DNA of 64,000 nucleotides from Pirellulales bacterium (GTDB lineage Bacteria > Planctomycetota > Planctomycetia > Pirellulales > PALSA-1355), in assembly GCA_963733035.1 (NCBI GenBank), contig CAVTBU010000005.1:1824001-1888000 (forward strand), given 5' to 3'. Each line of letters starts with the position of its first letter. Position 1 is the first letter of the stretch. Positions 31,954 to 43,725 of this stretch are shown piece after piece. A program made the translations under genes and the position numbers. The notes below the pieces were generated by a model, which was given only the letters and a program-made list of their open reading frames with translations, had not been told where the DNA came from and searched no databases.

Positions 31954-33203
31954 GGCGTCTACCGTTTACGAGCCTGCTCGCGATTTTCGCGATACTTGCC
32001 GCCCGCGGTGTTTTGTTGGCCCAGCCGCCGGGCCGCTTGCCGAATTCCAGCGCGGCGAACTCCGGCTTTTCGCTCGCGCGGCTCTTGCCGGGCCATGTGG
32101 ATCCGCAGCAAGAGCAAGCCTTGCATGCGATTGAGCTGGCTGGTGGCCAGCACGAAGTGGAATTTGACCAGCGTGGAAACGCGTTTACGGTCGTAACCTG
32201 GAACCGTGGCAATGAGGGGCTTGATATTCTCCAGAATGTGCGTGATTTGCGATGGCTCGATCTTTCGCGCACCAATATCACCGACGCCGGACTACATACG
32301 GTCAGACAATTGCAGCACTTGGCGGTGCTCAAATTGCAGCAGACCCGTGTTACGGACGAGGGGCTTGCAAACCTGAGCGGCATGTCCGAGCTCGAGGGAC
32401 TTGCGCTACACGACACGAAAACCTCGCCGGCGGGCCTGCGGCATCTGGCGGCGCTCACGAACCTGCGCATTTTGAATTTGAATTGGACCCGCACGGGAGA
32501 CGAGGGGCTGGCCATCGTCGGCCGGCTGCCACGGCTCGAAGAGTTGTATCTGTATGACGCCAAGGTAAGCGACGAGGGAGTGGCGCAGCTGGCTGAGTTA
32601 ACGGAACTGCGAATCCTCAAATTGTCATACAACGAGATTACGGACCGCTCGATCGCGACGCTGGCTCGGTTGCCAAAGCTGGAAGCGCTTTGGCTCGATT
32701 TCGGCGACATTACCGACACGGGCGTGGCGCAGCTACCGAGTTTTCCCGCACTGTATGCGATCAGCCTGGCCGAAACACGAGTGACCGATGATGGCATGCG
32801 GCATTTGCCGGGCATGCGCAGACTGGCGATGCTCGACTTGTCGAACTTGCCAATCAGCGATGGCGGGCTTGCTCCGCTTGCGCGCTGTCCGGCGCTGGCG
32901 GTTCTTGTGCTGGCCGGTACCGACGTGACGAACGCGGGGTTGGGTCCCGTGGCGCACATGAGCCGACTTGTGGAGCTAAATCTTAGCGGCACGAAAATCG
33001 ATGACGCCGGCCTCGGCAAGCTCGTCACTCTGCACGGACTGATGAAGTTGAACCTCGCCCAAACGAATGTGACGGATGCGTCGCTTCACCTGATAAGGTC
33101 CTGGCCACAGCTACGGGAACTCAACGTCAGCGGAACGCAGATTTCCAAGGCCGCAATCGAAAATATCGAGCGTGCTATGCCGAATCTCAAGCTTATGCAC
33201 TAA
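31950..33203 (+). CDS. Secreted leucine-rich repeat protein
   Basis: About 13 repeats of ~24 aa, LxxLxLxxTx(V/I)TDxG(L/V)xxL. Confidence 0.93.
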   Translation: MRRLPFTSLLAIFAILAARGVLLAQPPGRLPNSSAANSGFSLARLLPGHVDPQQEQALHAIELAGGQHEVEFDQRGNAFTVVTWNRGNEGLDILQNVRDLRWLDLSRTNITDAGLHTVRQLQHLAVLKLQQTRVTDEGLANLSGMSELEGLALHDTKTSPAGLRHLAALTNLRILNLNWTRTGDEGLAIVGRLPRLEELYLYDAKVSDEGVAQLAELTELRILKLSYNEITDRSIATLARLPKLEALWLDFGDITDTGVAQLPSFPALYAISLAETRVTDDGMRHLPGMRRLAMLDLSNLPISDGGLAPLARCPALAVLVLAGTDVTNAGLGPVAHMSRLVELNLSGTKIDDAGLGKLVTLHGLMKLNLAQTNVTDASLHLIRSWPQLRELNVSGTQISKAAIENIERAMPNLKLMH

Positions 33204-33251
33204 ACCCCAACCCAAGACCTGGCTCGAACGACCTTGATCAGGATAAAGGCT

Positions 33252-34541
33252 ATGACACTCAGGACAACTTGTTGGCTTGGTCTCGTGGCCCTCGGACTGC
33301 TTCGTTCGCCGGGCGTCGCTGCCGAAAGCTGGCCGGAGTTTCGAGGTCCCGGGGGCCAGGGGCATGCCGTCACGCAAGACGTCCCCCTGCAATGGAGCGA
33401 GTCCGAGAATATTCGCTGGAAAACGCCTATCGCCGGGCTAGGCTGGTCGTCGCCCGTAATTTCGGGACAGCAAATCTGGCTCACTACGGCGATCGAATCG
33501 GAAGGGTCGCTTCGGGCGGTGTGCATCGAACGCGAGTCGGGGCAAATGGTGCACAATGTGGAGGTCTTCAAATACGACGACCTTGGACGCGTGGCATCGA
33601 AGAACAGCCATGCGTCGCCGACGCCGGTTCTCGACGGTGGCTTCGTGTTCGTTCACTATGGCGCACACGGCACGGCCTGCCTGACTGACGAGGGAGAAAT
33701 CGTCTGGCGAACTCAGCTTCACTACGACCATCGCCATGGCCCCGGCGGCTCGCCGGTGGTTTGGAAGGATCTGGTGATTGTGGCGTGCGATGGTCCGGAC
33801 GTGCAGTATTTGGTGGCCTTGGACAAGCATACGGGTGAGCAGCGTTGGCGCGTCGACCATCAGGGGGAACAAGCCTATTCGACGCCGACGCTCACGCAAG
33901 TCAAGGGTGTCGACCAGTTGATCACTAGCCGTGGAAACGCCGCGATCGCCTTCGCGCCACACGACGGCCGCGAGCTATGGCGAGTCAGTTACACCGGACA
34001 CTCCGTCGTTCCGCGACCGGTGGTCGCCGGCGAGATGGTCTACTGCTGTACCGGGTATTGGAACCCATCGTTGTTGGCGATTCGCTTGGACGGGAGTGGC
34101 GACGTGACGGAAAGCCACGTCGCGTTTACCGTGCGACGGGGCGTGCCAAATAATCCCTCGCCGTTGGTCGTCGGCGGACAATTGTATATGACCACGGACT
34201 TGGGAGTGCTGACCTGCATCGACGCGGCTACCGGAAAAGAACTGTGGCGCGAACGGCTGCCAGGCAACTTTTCGGCCTCGCCGGTTTTTGCCGCCGGCAA
34301 AATCTTCTTGCAGAATGAGGAGGGCACGACCCTGGTCATCGCGCCGGGCGATCGCTACGAGTTGTTGGCAACCAACCACCTGGAAGGCCGTACCCTGGCT
34401 TCGCCCGCCTTCCTGGACGGCGCGATCTACCTAAGGTCCGACACGAATCTCTACCGCATCGAGGCTCCACGCAACATGCGAGCCACGGCCACGCTTCCGA
34501 GCCGGACGCTTCAGCGTGGTGGGAAAGCGTTTCGGCGCTAG
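33252..34541 (+). CDS. PQQ-binding-like beta-propeller protein
   Basis: WPEFRGP, GWSSPVI, NSHASPTP, HGPGGSPV, FSASPV; signal peptide. Confidence 0.93.
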   Translation: MTLRTTCWLGLVALGLLRSPGVAAESWPEFRGPGGQGHAVTQDVPLQWSESENIRWKTPIAGLGWSSPVISGQQIWLTTAIESEGSLRAVCIERESGQMVHNVEVFKYDDLGRVASKNSHASPTPVLDGGFVFVHYGAHGTACLTDEGEIVWRTQLHYDHRHGPGGSPVVWKDLVIVACDGPDVQYLVALDKHTGEQRWRVDHQGEQAYSTPTLTQVKGVDQLITSRGNAAIAFAPHDGRELWRVSYTGHSVVPRPVVAGEMVYCCTGYWNPSLLAIRLDGSGDVTESHVAFTVRRGVPNNPSPLVVGGQLYMTTDLGVLTCIDAATGKELWRERLPGNFSASPVFAAGKIFLQNEEGTTLVIAPGDRYELLATNHLEGRTLASPAFLDGAIYLRSDTNLYRIEAPRNMRATATLPSRTLQRGGKAFRR

Positions 34542-34547
34542 TTGGGC

Positions 34548-35654
34548 CTAGCTCTTCATGACGCGTCCGTGCACGTAAGCGTCGGTGCCCACTTGTTCGA
34601 TCACCGGGGTCACGAGCGCCAGAGATTGTGACACTAGCCCGACGCCTTCGCCGGCCATTGGGCTGGCGGCGGATGCTCCGCCCACAATCTTTGGCGCAAC
34701 AAACGCATGCACTTCGTCAATCTGGCCGGCATCGAACAAGCTGCCCAGTAGCTTTCCGCCACCTTCGACCAACACGTTGGTCATCAGGCGGGCGCCAAGT
34801 TGATCGAGCAGCGCCCCCAAACGTTCTTCTCGCGACTCTCCTTCGCACACGGTGACGTCGCAGCCCGCATCGAGTAAAACTTGCACGCGATCTTCTGGCG
34901 CGTCGGCGCCCACGGCGACAACAACCGGCACATCGCGGGCCGTGCGCACGAGTTGGCTGGTTGGCAACAGCGAAGCCATCGTGTCCACCACGATGCGGGT
35001 GGCCGTACGCGGTCCTGGCGGGCGAGCCGTCAGCATTGGGTCGTCGGCCTGCGCCGTGCCGCGACCAACCAGGACGGCATCGACGCGTCCGCGCAATCGA
35101 TGCACGATTTCGCGCGATGCTCGACAGGAAATCCAGCGGCTGTCACCCGTGCAGGTTGCCAGCTTGCCGTCGAGCGTCATGGCCCACTTGGCAATGATCC
35201 AAGGACGACCCGTCTGCGTGAGCTTTAAATACGGTGCGTTCAACCATCGGGCCTCGGCGGCGGAAAGGCCGCATTCGACTTCGATACCCGCGGCGTCCAA
35301 TTCGACGATGCCGCCGCCGGCCACGTGTGGGAAGGGGTCCTTTTGGGCGATCACCACACGACGCACCCCGGCCGCGATCAGCGCCTGGGTACAGGGAGGC
35401 GTTTTACCGTGATGGCAACACGGTTCGAGCGTCACGTAAACCGTCGCCCCGCGGGCACGCGTTCCGGCGACGTTGAGGGCCTCGATCTCGGCGTGCGGTC
35501 CACCATAACGCGCGTGAAAGCCTTCACCGACAGTTTCGCCGTCACGCACGATCGTGCAGCCCACCATGGGGTTGGGCTCGACGGATCCCTCGCCACGGGC
35601 CGCTAATTCGAGCGCGCGAGACATGTGCCAGGCATCCAGTTCTTCCCACTGCAT
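34548..35654 (-). CDS. ribD: Riboflavin biosynthesis deaminase/reductase RibD
   Basis: PNPMVG, HAE, TLEPCCHHGKTPPC, KWAMTLDG, VLVEGG. Confidence 0.97.
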   Translation of the reverse strand: MQWEELDAWHMSRALELAARGEGSVEPNPMVGCTIVRDGETVGEGFHARYGGPHAEIEALNVAGTRARGATVYVTLEPCCHHGKTPPCTQALIAAGVRRVVIAQKDPFPHVAGGGIVELDAAGIEVECGLSAAEARWLNAPYLKLTQTGRPWIIAKWAMTLDGKLATCTGDSRWISCRASREIVHRLRGRVDAVLVGRGTAQADDPMLTARPPGPRTATRIVVDTMASLLPTSQLVRTARDVPVVVAVGADAPEDRVQVLLDAGCDVTVCEGESREERLGALLDQLGARLMTNVLVEGGGKLLGSLFDAGQIDEVHAFVAPKIVGGASAASPMAGEGVGLVSQSLALVTPVIEQVGTDAYVHGRVMKS

Positions 35655-35677
35655 CGCAAGGGGGCCTCGCGTGGTGC

Positions 35678-37813
35678 TCAGTCTGGAGTCCAGATCGTTG
35701 ATTTCTTACCGCCGCCCGACGCTGGCCCGCTTTCGGGCGTCCACAGTTTGCCTGGCTCGGCGCCGCCACCTGGCACCATGACGTCGGCGCCCGGCTGCGG
35801 TGCCGCCCCGGCGGGCATGGCTGGTCGGCCGTCGGGACCGATGATGCCGGCCTCTGCCAAGATCTGATAGAGTGCCTGCGCGACGCCCGGTTCGCGAATA
35901 TGCTGATCGCGAATATGGTGCAGCAACCGATCGGCGTCGGCGACTTCGCCGCGAGCGATTCGTAACGCCAACTCCGCTAGATCCCACGGAGCAGTCGATT
36001 TCTTGCCGGCCTCGGCCGCCGCACGCGCCTGGTCCAAATAGGCTACTGCCTGCGTCCCGTCCGGCTCAATCTGTGCGAGTAGCCCATAGACCTCGGCTTT
36101 ATCAATTTTACCTTCAAGGCCGGGGCGTTCGATGACTTCCTGGGCCAGATTCCGCAGCGCCGCGATGTGGCGGTAATGATCTGCCCGCTGATAGAGGTCG
36201 ACCAACTGATCGTCCGACAGTTTCTTGACGGCGACATGACTCATTCTGGCCAGCGGCAGCTCGGCGAGCGAAGTCTGGGCCGGATCGATTTCCTCTTGCT
36301 CGGGCACGCCGAGTTTGCGGCGCAGTTCGTTGAACGCGAATTCGGACGCCACCTGGTCAGTCGCCAATTCGAGCAGTAGGATCGCCGCGAGCAGCTTGAT
36401 GCGCTGCGATGCGTCGCCGGCAACTTGTGTTGCGGACTTTCCGTCGAACACCTTGCGAGGCATTTCGCACCAGTGATGCAGCAGGATATCGCGCCGCTGC
36501 TGTTTGATCAGTTCCAAACGTTTTTCGGCAGGCGTATCCTCGGGCAAGCGCCAGTTCGTGGTCAAGGCATGCTGCAAGGCCGGCACTTCGGTGCTGACCT
36601 CCTCCTGGCCTTTGGCACCCAGTGAATCGCCGGCGATATCGGCCAGCGCCGCTTGGGCCTCCGCGAGTTCCGGACGATACACCGCGAGTTCGAGCCGAGC
36701 ATCGCGATCGGTTTGTTTGCCGTACAAGAACACCTGACCCACAACGTGCGGCACATCGGCCGGAGACAGGTCCTTGCCACTTTCAGGCACCGCCCGATTG
36801 AGCAACCAATAGGCGCCTTTGGGAGGCGGCTGATCCTCGGTGCCCATGCGTGCCAGGTCGATAGGCATTTGCAATGCGCGGGGATTTGCCGTGAGACGCG
36901 CCTGCAGAACTTCCGGGTCCGCGATGCCGTATTCGATCGACAGCACATCGACCAGGTCGATCGCCTCGGGATCGATCGACTGGGCCATTGCTTCGGCCTC
37001 GACGGCATCCTCGAGCGGAATCGACTGCGCGGCATACTTGCGCCAAGCCTCGATCGCGCGCGGCGTATCGGCCAACCAGGTGCGAAGCACGGCAATGTTG
37101 CGCCAGATCGCGGGCCAATCGCCGACTTTGGCGGCCAGCGCAGTTAAATCGTCGGCCGCCTTGCGCCAGGCACCCCGCATGGCGGGCGCCAGCGATTCGT
37201 TGAAACTGCTTTTCCAAAGCGCATCGTCAGGTGGCGGCACGAGTGGCAAGTCTTGTTTGGCCAGCAACGGAACCGACGTCGATGCATTGAGTCGCATTAA
37301 TAGTTGCAACGGCTGTTGATCCTGCGTACCGCTCATGCCGAGTTGCAGCACGAGATGCGCTCGGGCCGCAATCAATTGGTTCTCGGCCACGAGCCCCTGG
37401 GCCACCAGTCCAATGGCGTCGTAAACTTGGGCGGGAACTTGTTCGTGGCACTTCTCCAGCGCATCTTGCAGCAGCGGAATCGCGGAAACACCTCCGGACT
37501 CGGCCACCTTCATGGTTGCTTGCTCGGCCAGCGCCACGGGGTTTTCTGGGTACTTTGCGACGAAGCTCGCCAGCGTCTGTTGAGCCTTATCCTCTTCTCC
37601 CAATTGGGCCTGGAGCATGGCCTTGATCGAGAGCAGACAGGCTCGCTCTGGGTATTTCCCTTCAATACTTTCGATGTGTTCCAGGCACGCAGCCCGTTGC
37701 TCACCCTCGAGCATCCGCTGGAGCTTATCCAGTTCGGACACCATGTCGCCGCAGCAGAACTTGATTTTTTTGCCGGTGCCACCGGGGCAGGGGGCATAGG
37801 GGTCGATAGGCAT
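35678..37813 (-). CDS. Helical-repeat (TPR-like) protein with N-terminal SEC-C-like motif
   Basis: Start MPIDPYAPCPGGTGKKIKFCC; helical body; ends KLWTP...IWTPD. Confidence 0.85.
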   Translation of the reverse strand: MPIDPYAPCPGGTGKKIKFCCGDMVSELDKLQRMLEGEQRAACLEHIESIEGKYPERACLLSIKAMLQAQLGEEDKAQQTLASFVAKYPENPVALAEQATMKVAESGGVSAIPLLQDALEKCHEQVPAQVYDAIGLVAQGLVAENQLIAARAHLVLQLGMSGTQDQQPLQLLMRLNASTSVPLLAKQDLPLVPPPDDALWKSSFNESLAPAMRGAWRKAADDLTALAAKVGDWPAIWRNIAVLRTWLADTPRAIEAWRKYAAQSIPLEDAVEAEAMAQSIDPEAIDLVDVLSIEYGIADPEVLQARLTANPRALQMPIDLARMGTEDQPPPKGAYWLLNRAVPESGKDLSPADVPHVVGQVFLYGKQTDRDARLELAVYRPELAEAQAALADIAGDSLGAKGQEEVSTEVPALQHALTTNWRLPEDTPAEKRLELIKQQRRDILLHHWCEMPRKVFDGKSATQVAGDASQRIKLLAAILLLELATDQVASEFAFNELRRKLGVPEQEEIDPAQTSLAELPLARMSHVAVKKLSDDQLVDLYQRADHYRHIAALRNLAQEVIERPGLEGKIDKAEVYGLLAQIEPDGTQAVAYLDQARAAAEAGKKSTAPWDLAELALRIARGEVADADRLLHHIRDQHIREPGVAQALYQILAEAGIIGPDGRPAMPAGAAPQPGADVMVPGGGAEPGKLWTPESGPASGGGKKSTIWTPD

Positions 37814-38003
37814 GAGAGAAAAACTGCTTTTGTGGAAGGAAAGTGGCGAGCCGAGCCTGAATTCTCGAATGGTATCATTTTCGTGGTTCGAATTCGAGCC
37901 ACTGCCCGCAACGTGCGTCCGAAATCGAGGTCGCAAAAACGGCACGGCCCAGGGCAAATGTGGCCCTGGGCCGGTGGCATGCGAAGATCGTTTGGCGGGA
38001 TGC

Positions 38004-39062
38004 CTAGCTGGTGCCAGCCAGCGATTTGCGTTTCTTGGCGATCAAACTCAGCAGAGCTTTCTGCGGCTCGGTGAATTTGTGCACACCCTCTTCCATCAGC
38101 GTGGCTTCGAGATGCTCGATGTCGACCTTCTGATCGATCTCGTCGAGTACTTCCCGCGGTGGCAGCTTGTCGATATCGCGCTGGAACGTCAGACCGCTGG
38201 CCTCCACCGCTTCGTTCGTCGCCGGCGGATTGGTTTCGATGTCGCTGCCGGCAAATGCCGCCACGTATTTCCACGCCGGATCCTCGGGCTTCTTAGTGCC
38301 GGTACTGGCGAAGACGATCTCCTGATCGAGCTTCAGCTTCTTGTCGGCCCAATAGGCCTTGTTATCCGCCCAAATCCGTTTCGCACCAGCGATGCCAACC
38401 ATGCCCTGCGCGGCGGGCGAGAGGCTGGGCACGTGCTTTTCGGTGTAAACATCGACGCGCGACACGAAGATGCTGTACACGCTCTTGAACTTGCTAAAGT
38501 TGCCATAGCGTTGCGCTCCGCGCCACACGGCTTCGCGGGCCGCCTTGTACTGGCGAGGTGTAAACGTCAGCGTCACGTTGAGTGGGATACCCGCGCTTGC
38601 CAATTCCTCGAGCGCATCGATGCCGGCGGGCGTGGCCGGCACTTTCATCATGCGGTTGACATGGCCCATCGACCACTTCTTGCCGAGCTCGATGTACCGC
38701 GCAACTCGCTCGTCATGGGATGGCCCCAACTCGGGGTCTTCCAGCAATGGATCGAGCTCAAAACTCACGTAGCCATCGTTGCCGCCAGTTTGATCCCAAA
38801 CCGGTCGAAACACGGCCTGAGCCTCGCTCACTAGTTTGTCGGCCAACTTCCAAGCAATCTGTTCGTCCGTCAGCTTCTGATCCAGGAATTGCTCGATGTC
38901 CGAATCGAATCGTCCAGTCTCGATCAAGTTCGCGATAATAATCGGATTTGAAGTAGCCCCGCTAGCACCGAGGGCCCGGTTCTTGGTCACCAAATCTGGA
39001 TCGATCGAGTCGAGCCAGAGCTTGGTCCCGCTTGCCACTAGCGATCGTAAGGGAGAAGTCAT
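38004..39062 (-). CDS. tal: Transaldolase family protein
   Basis: [42 protein letters not shown]. Confidence 0.92.
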   Translation of the reverse strand: MTSPLRSLVASGTKLWLDSIDPDLVTKNRALGASGATSNPIIIANLIETGRFDSDIEQFLDQKLTDEQIAWKLADKLVSEAQAVFRPVWDQTGGNDGYVSFELDPLLEDPELGPSHDERVARYIELGKKWSMGHVNRMMKVPATPAGIDALEELASAGIPLNVTLTFTPRQYKAAREAVWRGAQRYGNFSKFKSVYSIFVSRVDVYTEKHVPSLSPAAQGMVGIAGAKRIWADNKAYWADKKLKLDQEIVFASTGTKKPEDPAWKYVAAFAGSDIETNPPATNEAVEASGLTFQRDIDKLPPREVLDEIDQKVDIEHLEATLMEEGVHKFTEPQKALLSLIAKKRKSLAGTS

Positions 39063-39452
39063 CGCAGCTCACTCTCTCGTGGGATCTAGAAGTATTCCAA
39101 AACGCAATGCCATCGCCCAAAACAGCCGCTGGCGGGGGGTGATTGCACAGCCATCAAGCTGCGCCTTCCATGTCACCCTCTGTAAGTCTTTGTACCCCTT
39201 GGCTTGCAAAAGACAAGGAAAAAGGGGCCGTCGCTTCGGCTCGGTACTGTCCGTGCATCGGCTTGCTGGGCAAGCAGCAAGACTTTCCTGCGGCTGGTGA
39301 ATTTGGGTTGAGTTTTCCTTTTTTTGAGGCTCTGCCGGTTATTCCTAATTTGCGGGCAAGCGACGATCCGATCAGTCTTAGGCAGAAATTGCCCCTTAGG
39401 GCAGAAGCGCAAAGACCCCGTTCTTAGCTAGCAACAAGCGAACCGAGGAATC

Positions 39453-40835
39453 TTGGCCGTGCACAGAGGATTCTTGCTATTGCCGTGGTTGGCGCTGGCG
39501 GCGTTGGCACATATAGCCGATGCCGATGAGACGCCAAGCCCGCAAACGAGTTCCGCGCGACATGGTTCTGCTTCGGCTAAGCTCAGCCCATCGGATCGAG
39601 TGCCGGCCGGCCGGCCGGCACTCGATCCGATGCCTGGGCTCCGTCACCCCATCGTCGATGAAGCGGTGGTCCCGGCCGCCTACGTTGCGCGGGAAGAATA
39701 TCCCCCCGAGCCGCTGGGTTTCAGCGCCGCGCGGTTTAATCCGAATCCGGGCCCGCTGGTCGACCCGGCACTCGGCCCGGGTATGACCTATGGACCTTAT
39801 CGCGGAAGCTTCGAGTTCTACGATCCCCATGACCCCGACTCCCCGGCGCCGACCGTCAGCTCTGGTGCCTGGATTCGCACAGGTTGTTGGTACGGCGACG
39901 TGGCGGCCACCTATATCGGCCGTTCGGCCGCGGTTAAGAACGACATAAAGATGTCGTTCGACTTCTTTAGCCAACAAAACGTTATTGCCTCTCAGCAAGA
40001 TATGGGGTACCAGCCGGGACTCAATATCACGCTCGGTCGCTACTTGGGACGCGACTCCCAAAATCGCGATCATTCGGTCGAGTTTACGTTTCTCGGCCTG
40101 AATCATTGGCAGTTTTCCAAGAGTATCACGGCGGTTCAATCCGGGTCCATCCTGCTCTCGTTGGATTCAGCCGCCAATCCGCCAGTCTTTGAGGGGTCGG
40201 ACTTTCAAAGTCTCAACCAGACGTCGGATTTCAATAGCTACGAATTCAACTACCGCGTTGACCGTCGGCTTAGCCGCGATCGCATGGTCTATTCGCGCGA
40301 TAGCACCTGGACTCGCGAAGCCACGCCGGGATGGGTGTGTTCGTTCATCTCGGGCATCCGCACGGTGATCGTCAATGATCGGCTCTATTGGTTTGCTCAG
40401 AACTCGTTGGGAACCGGCAACTATACTGTGATGGCCCACAACAACCTGGTAGGGCCACAAGTCGGGGGCGAGTTTTTTTACGACCGTGCTTACTGGCGAT
40501 TGGGCATCCGCGGCAAAGCCGGCGCGCTGGTCAACTTTGCCTCGCAATCGAGCACCGTACAAATCCTCGATGGTAACGGTGATCCCTTGTCGCCCAACCG
40601 CAACGAATATGCCAAAGACCATTCGATGTCCTTCGTCGGCGGCGTGACCTTCCTGGGCGAGTACCGTTTCCGCCCGAACTTGGGACTAAAAGCGTCGTTC
40701 GACATGCTGTGGGTTACGGACCTCGCCTTGGCGCAAAATCAACTTACGTTTTTCCCCAGCACGCCGACGCAGATTTCGGCATCGCATCAATTGTTTTTCA
40801 ACGGCTTTTCACTCGGGCTGGAATGGTCTCGCTAA
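39453..40835 (+). CDS. Outer-membrane beta-barrel (BBP7-like)
   Basis: Signal peptide, Pro-rich N-terminus, HNNLVGPQVG, terminal strand FNGFSLGLEW. Confidence 0.8.
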   Translation: MAVHRGFLLLPWLALAALAHIADADETPSPQTSSARHGSASAKLSPSDRVPAGRPALDPMPGLRHPIVDEAVVPAAYVAREEYPPEPLGFSAARFNPNPGPLVDPALGPGMTYGPYRGSFEFYDPHDPDSPAPTVSSGAWIRTGCWYGDVAATYIGRSAAVKNDIKMSFDFFSQQNVIASQQDMGYQPGLNITLGRYLGRDSQNRDHSVEFTFLGLNHWQFSKSITAVQSGSILLSLDSAANPPVFEGSDFQSLNQTSDFNSYEFNYRVDRRLSRDRMVYSRDSTWTREATPGWVCSFISGIRTVIVNDRLYWFAQNSLGTGNYTVMAHNNLVGPQVGGEFFYDRAYWRLGIRGKAGALVNFASQSSTVQILDGNGDPLSPNRNEYAKDHSMSFVGGVTFLGEYRFRPNLGLKASFDMLWVTDLALAQNQLTFFPSTPTQISASHQLFFNGFSLGLEWSR

Positions 40836-41156
40836 GGGAACAGTGACACTCATCGGCAGCAGCAAATCAACTGCTAGCTGACAAAGCAGGGAGCGAGGAC
40901 CTGTACGACAAGTGTGTCACCCGTAGGCGGCTGCCGTGGGAGACGGAAAATTGGGCTAAATTCGCGGTGAAATCGCTCTGCCGGCTGGCTGGTTCAGCAT
41001 AGACGCGGAGCGAGGCCGCAGGTACTCTTAACGCTTCGCCTCGGAGGGCGGACCCGCGGGTAGGAACTAGTCGCGGGCACAATGGCAAGTAGGCCGCAAG
41101 TGGTGACCGGGTGCGGGAATTTACGCATCGCGGGAAACTCGGGAAGAGCAGCGCGC

Positions 41157-43710
41157 GTGCTAAATCAATTCTTTACCCGGCATAGTTTCAAGATCATCTT
41201 GGTGGCAATTTTCTTGCTGCCCGTCATGGGTCGCGGCGCGAAAGACCCTGCAAAGCAACGACAACAACGTCCACGACTGGCTGCCCACGACCTACGAGGA
41301 AACCACGGACTTCAGTTGGTTTCAGCAGCACTTCGAGAACGAAACGTTCGTGCTCATCAGTTGGGAAGGCTGCACACTCGGCGATCAGCGGCTCGAGCTG
41401 TTGGCCAAGAAGCTGGTTCCGCCCGAAATTCCTGACCAGTACGCAAACTTTGGTCCGCTACCCGAGCCGAAGAAGCCCAAATGGTACGAAGACCTGGTCT
41501 TCTCCCACTGGTTCAAGCGCCCTGATCCGGTTGAAGAACTTGCCCGCGGATCCCTGTTCAAACACGTCGAAACCGGTCCGCGATTGCTCGATCGATTGAC
41601 GCAGGCGCCCATCAGCCTGTCGGAGGAGGAAGCCATCGGGCGATTGCGGAAGTTGTTCGTCGGTCCCGACGGCAAGCAGACTTGTGCGGTGGTGACGCTC
41701 ACCGACGAGGGCAAGCGCGATCTTCGCGTCACATTAAACAAACTCTACACCGTCTGCGAATCCGAATTGGGCCTGCCACCCGAGCGAGTCAAGATGGGTG
41801 GGCCGCCGGTCGACAATGTGGCGATCAGCGTCGAAGGCGAAAAGACGCTGCTGCGGCTATTCATCCCGGCGGGCATCGTCGGTTTGGCGCTGGCCTTCTG
41901 GTGTTTGCGAAGCGTGCGATTGACGATCATGGTGTTCGCGACCGCGCTCTATGCGGGAGCGATTAGCCTGGCAATCGTGCACTATTCCGGCGGCGCGATG
42001 AATGCCATCCTGCTCACGATGCCGGCTGTCGTGTACGTAGCCGGCATTTCGGGGGCAATTCACTTTGCCAACTACTACCGCGACTCGGTCGCCGAGGGAG
42101 GCGTCGAAGGTGCGCCCGCGAGGGCGCTGCTACATTCGTGGCTGCCGTGCGTGCTGGCGGCCGGCACGACCTCGGCCGGGCTGTTTTCATTGTACACCAG
42201 TGAGCTCGTGCCGATTCAAATGTTCGGAGTTTACTCGGCGCTGGGCGTGCTCTCGACTTTGGCTCTCTTGTTCCTGTTCTTGCCTGCCTGGATGCAGCTC
42301 TGGCCGATGCGGCCGCACAGCCTGCTCGACGGCGAGCAGCCGAAGGCCGAGGATATCGATTTGCCTGTACGCTGGCGCAAGATCCTGCAGGGCGTACTCG
42401 ATCGGCATCGCTGGGTCTTGGCGGGACTGACCTGCTTGATGCTGGTTTGCGGTCTGGGTCTGTCCCAAATCGATACTTCGATCAAACTGACGAAGCTGTT
42501 CTCATCCAGCGCCCAGATCATTCACGACTACCAGTGGTTGGAGGACAACCTGGGCGATCTGGTGCCGATGGAGGTCGTGGTCAAGATCGACGATGACAGC
42601 GGCTTGAACATGCTCGAAAAAGTGGAGCTGATCGGCAACATCGAAAAAGAGATGCAAAAGATCAAGCACATCGGCAACACGATGTCGGCCGCCACATTTG
42701 CTCCGGAGATTCCGAACAAACGCAGGGGTCTCCTCTCGGTCAACACATTGCGCGACGTCACCAACCGTCGGCTCGAAGCCAACAAGCAGGAGTACCTCGA
42801 CAGCGACTTCCTCAGCACCGAGGGAAACACGGAGTTATGGCGGGTCAGTGCTCGCGTGGGTGCTTTAAATGACGTCGACTACGGCGAGTTCAAGGACGAG
42901 ATCCGCGCGTGCGTGGAGCCGGTCATTTTGGCCAAGCGCAAGCAGCTTGCCCAACTGGCCGCGCGGCGAGCGACGCAGTCTGACAGTACGATTCAAACCG
43001 TCGCTCTCAAGTCCGCCGGGAACGATACGATGGGTATCGACGCCGTGTATACGGGTTTGGTGCCGGTGGTGTACAAAGCGCAGCGCGAGATGCTCAACGG
43101 CCTGGCCTGGAATTTCGTCACCGACCTGGCCACGATTGGCGCCGTGATGACGATCGTGTTCTGGGATCTTTCGGCCGGACTGATTCTGCTCGTGCCGTCA
43201 ATTTTCCCGATCATGATCGTGTTCGGCATGATGGGCTGGTTGGGAGTCGTTATCGACGTGGGCACCATCATGACGCCGACCGTGGCGCTAGGTGTCTCGG
43301 TCGACGATGTCGTGCACTTTCTGATTTGGTATCGACGCGGCTTGAAAGAAGGGCGGATTCGCAAAGGCGCGGTCATGCTCGCCTACGAAGGCTGCGCCCG
43401 GGCCATGTATCAGAGTTGGGCAGTGCTGGGACTTGGCTTGGCCGTGTTCGCCCTGAGTTCGTTCGTGCCCACGCAGCGGTTTGGAGCCATGATGTTCCTG
43501 CTGCTAACGGCAGCGCTCGCGGGCAACCTGTTGATGCTCCCCTCGGTGCTGACCAGCCCGATCTCGTACTTTTTCGGCCGGCGGCTCATCAAACAAGCCA
43601 AGGCTGCGCAAATCGGCGACCATCTGCCTGCGGACAAACGGCAGCCGACCCAGCCGGTCCCGTCACAAGTGCGGCACGACGTGTCCCACCGTGTGCGGAG
43701 CAGCAACTAG
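41157..43710 (+). CDS. MMPL/RND family transporter (apparent frameshift ~41240)
   Basis: First TM helix from GTG 41157, continuing in another frame as NDNNVHDWLP...; GAIHFANYY and ALGVSVDDVVHF motifs. Confidence 0.88.
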
Positions 43711-43725
43711 CTGCCGCTGCATTCG

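Noticed and set aside
32230..33150. ~72-nt periodicity that could suggest an array
   Set aside because: Explained by 24-aa leucine-rich repeats; no conserved DNA repeat with spacers, so not CRISPR.
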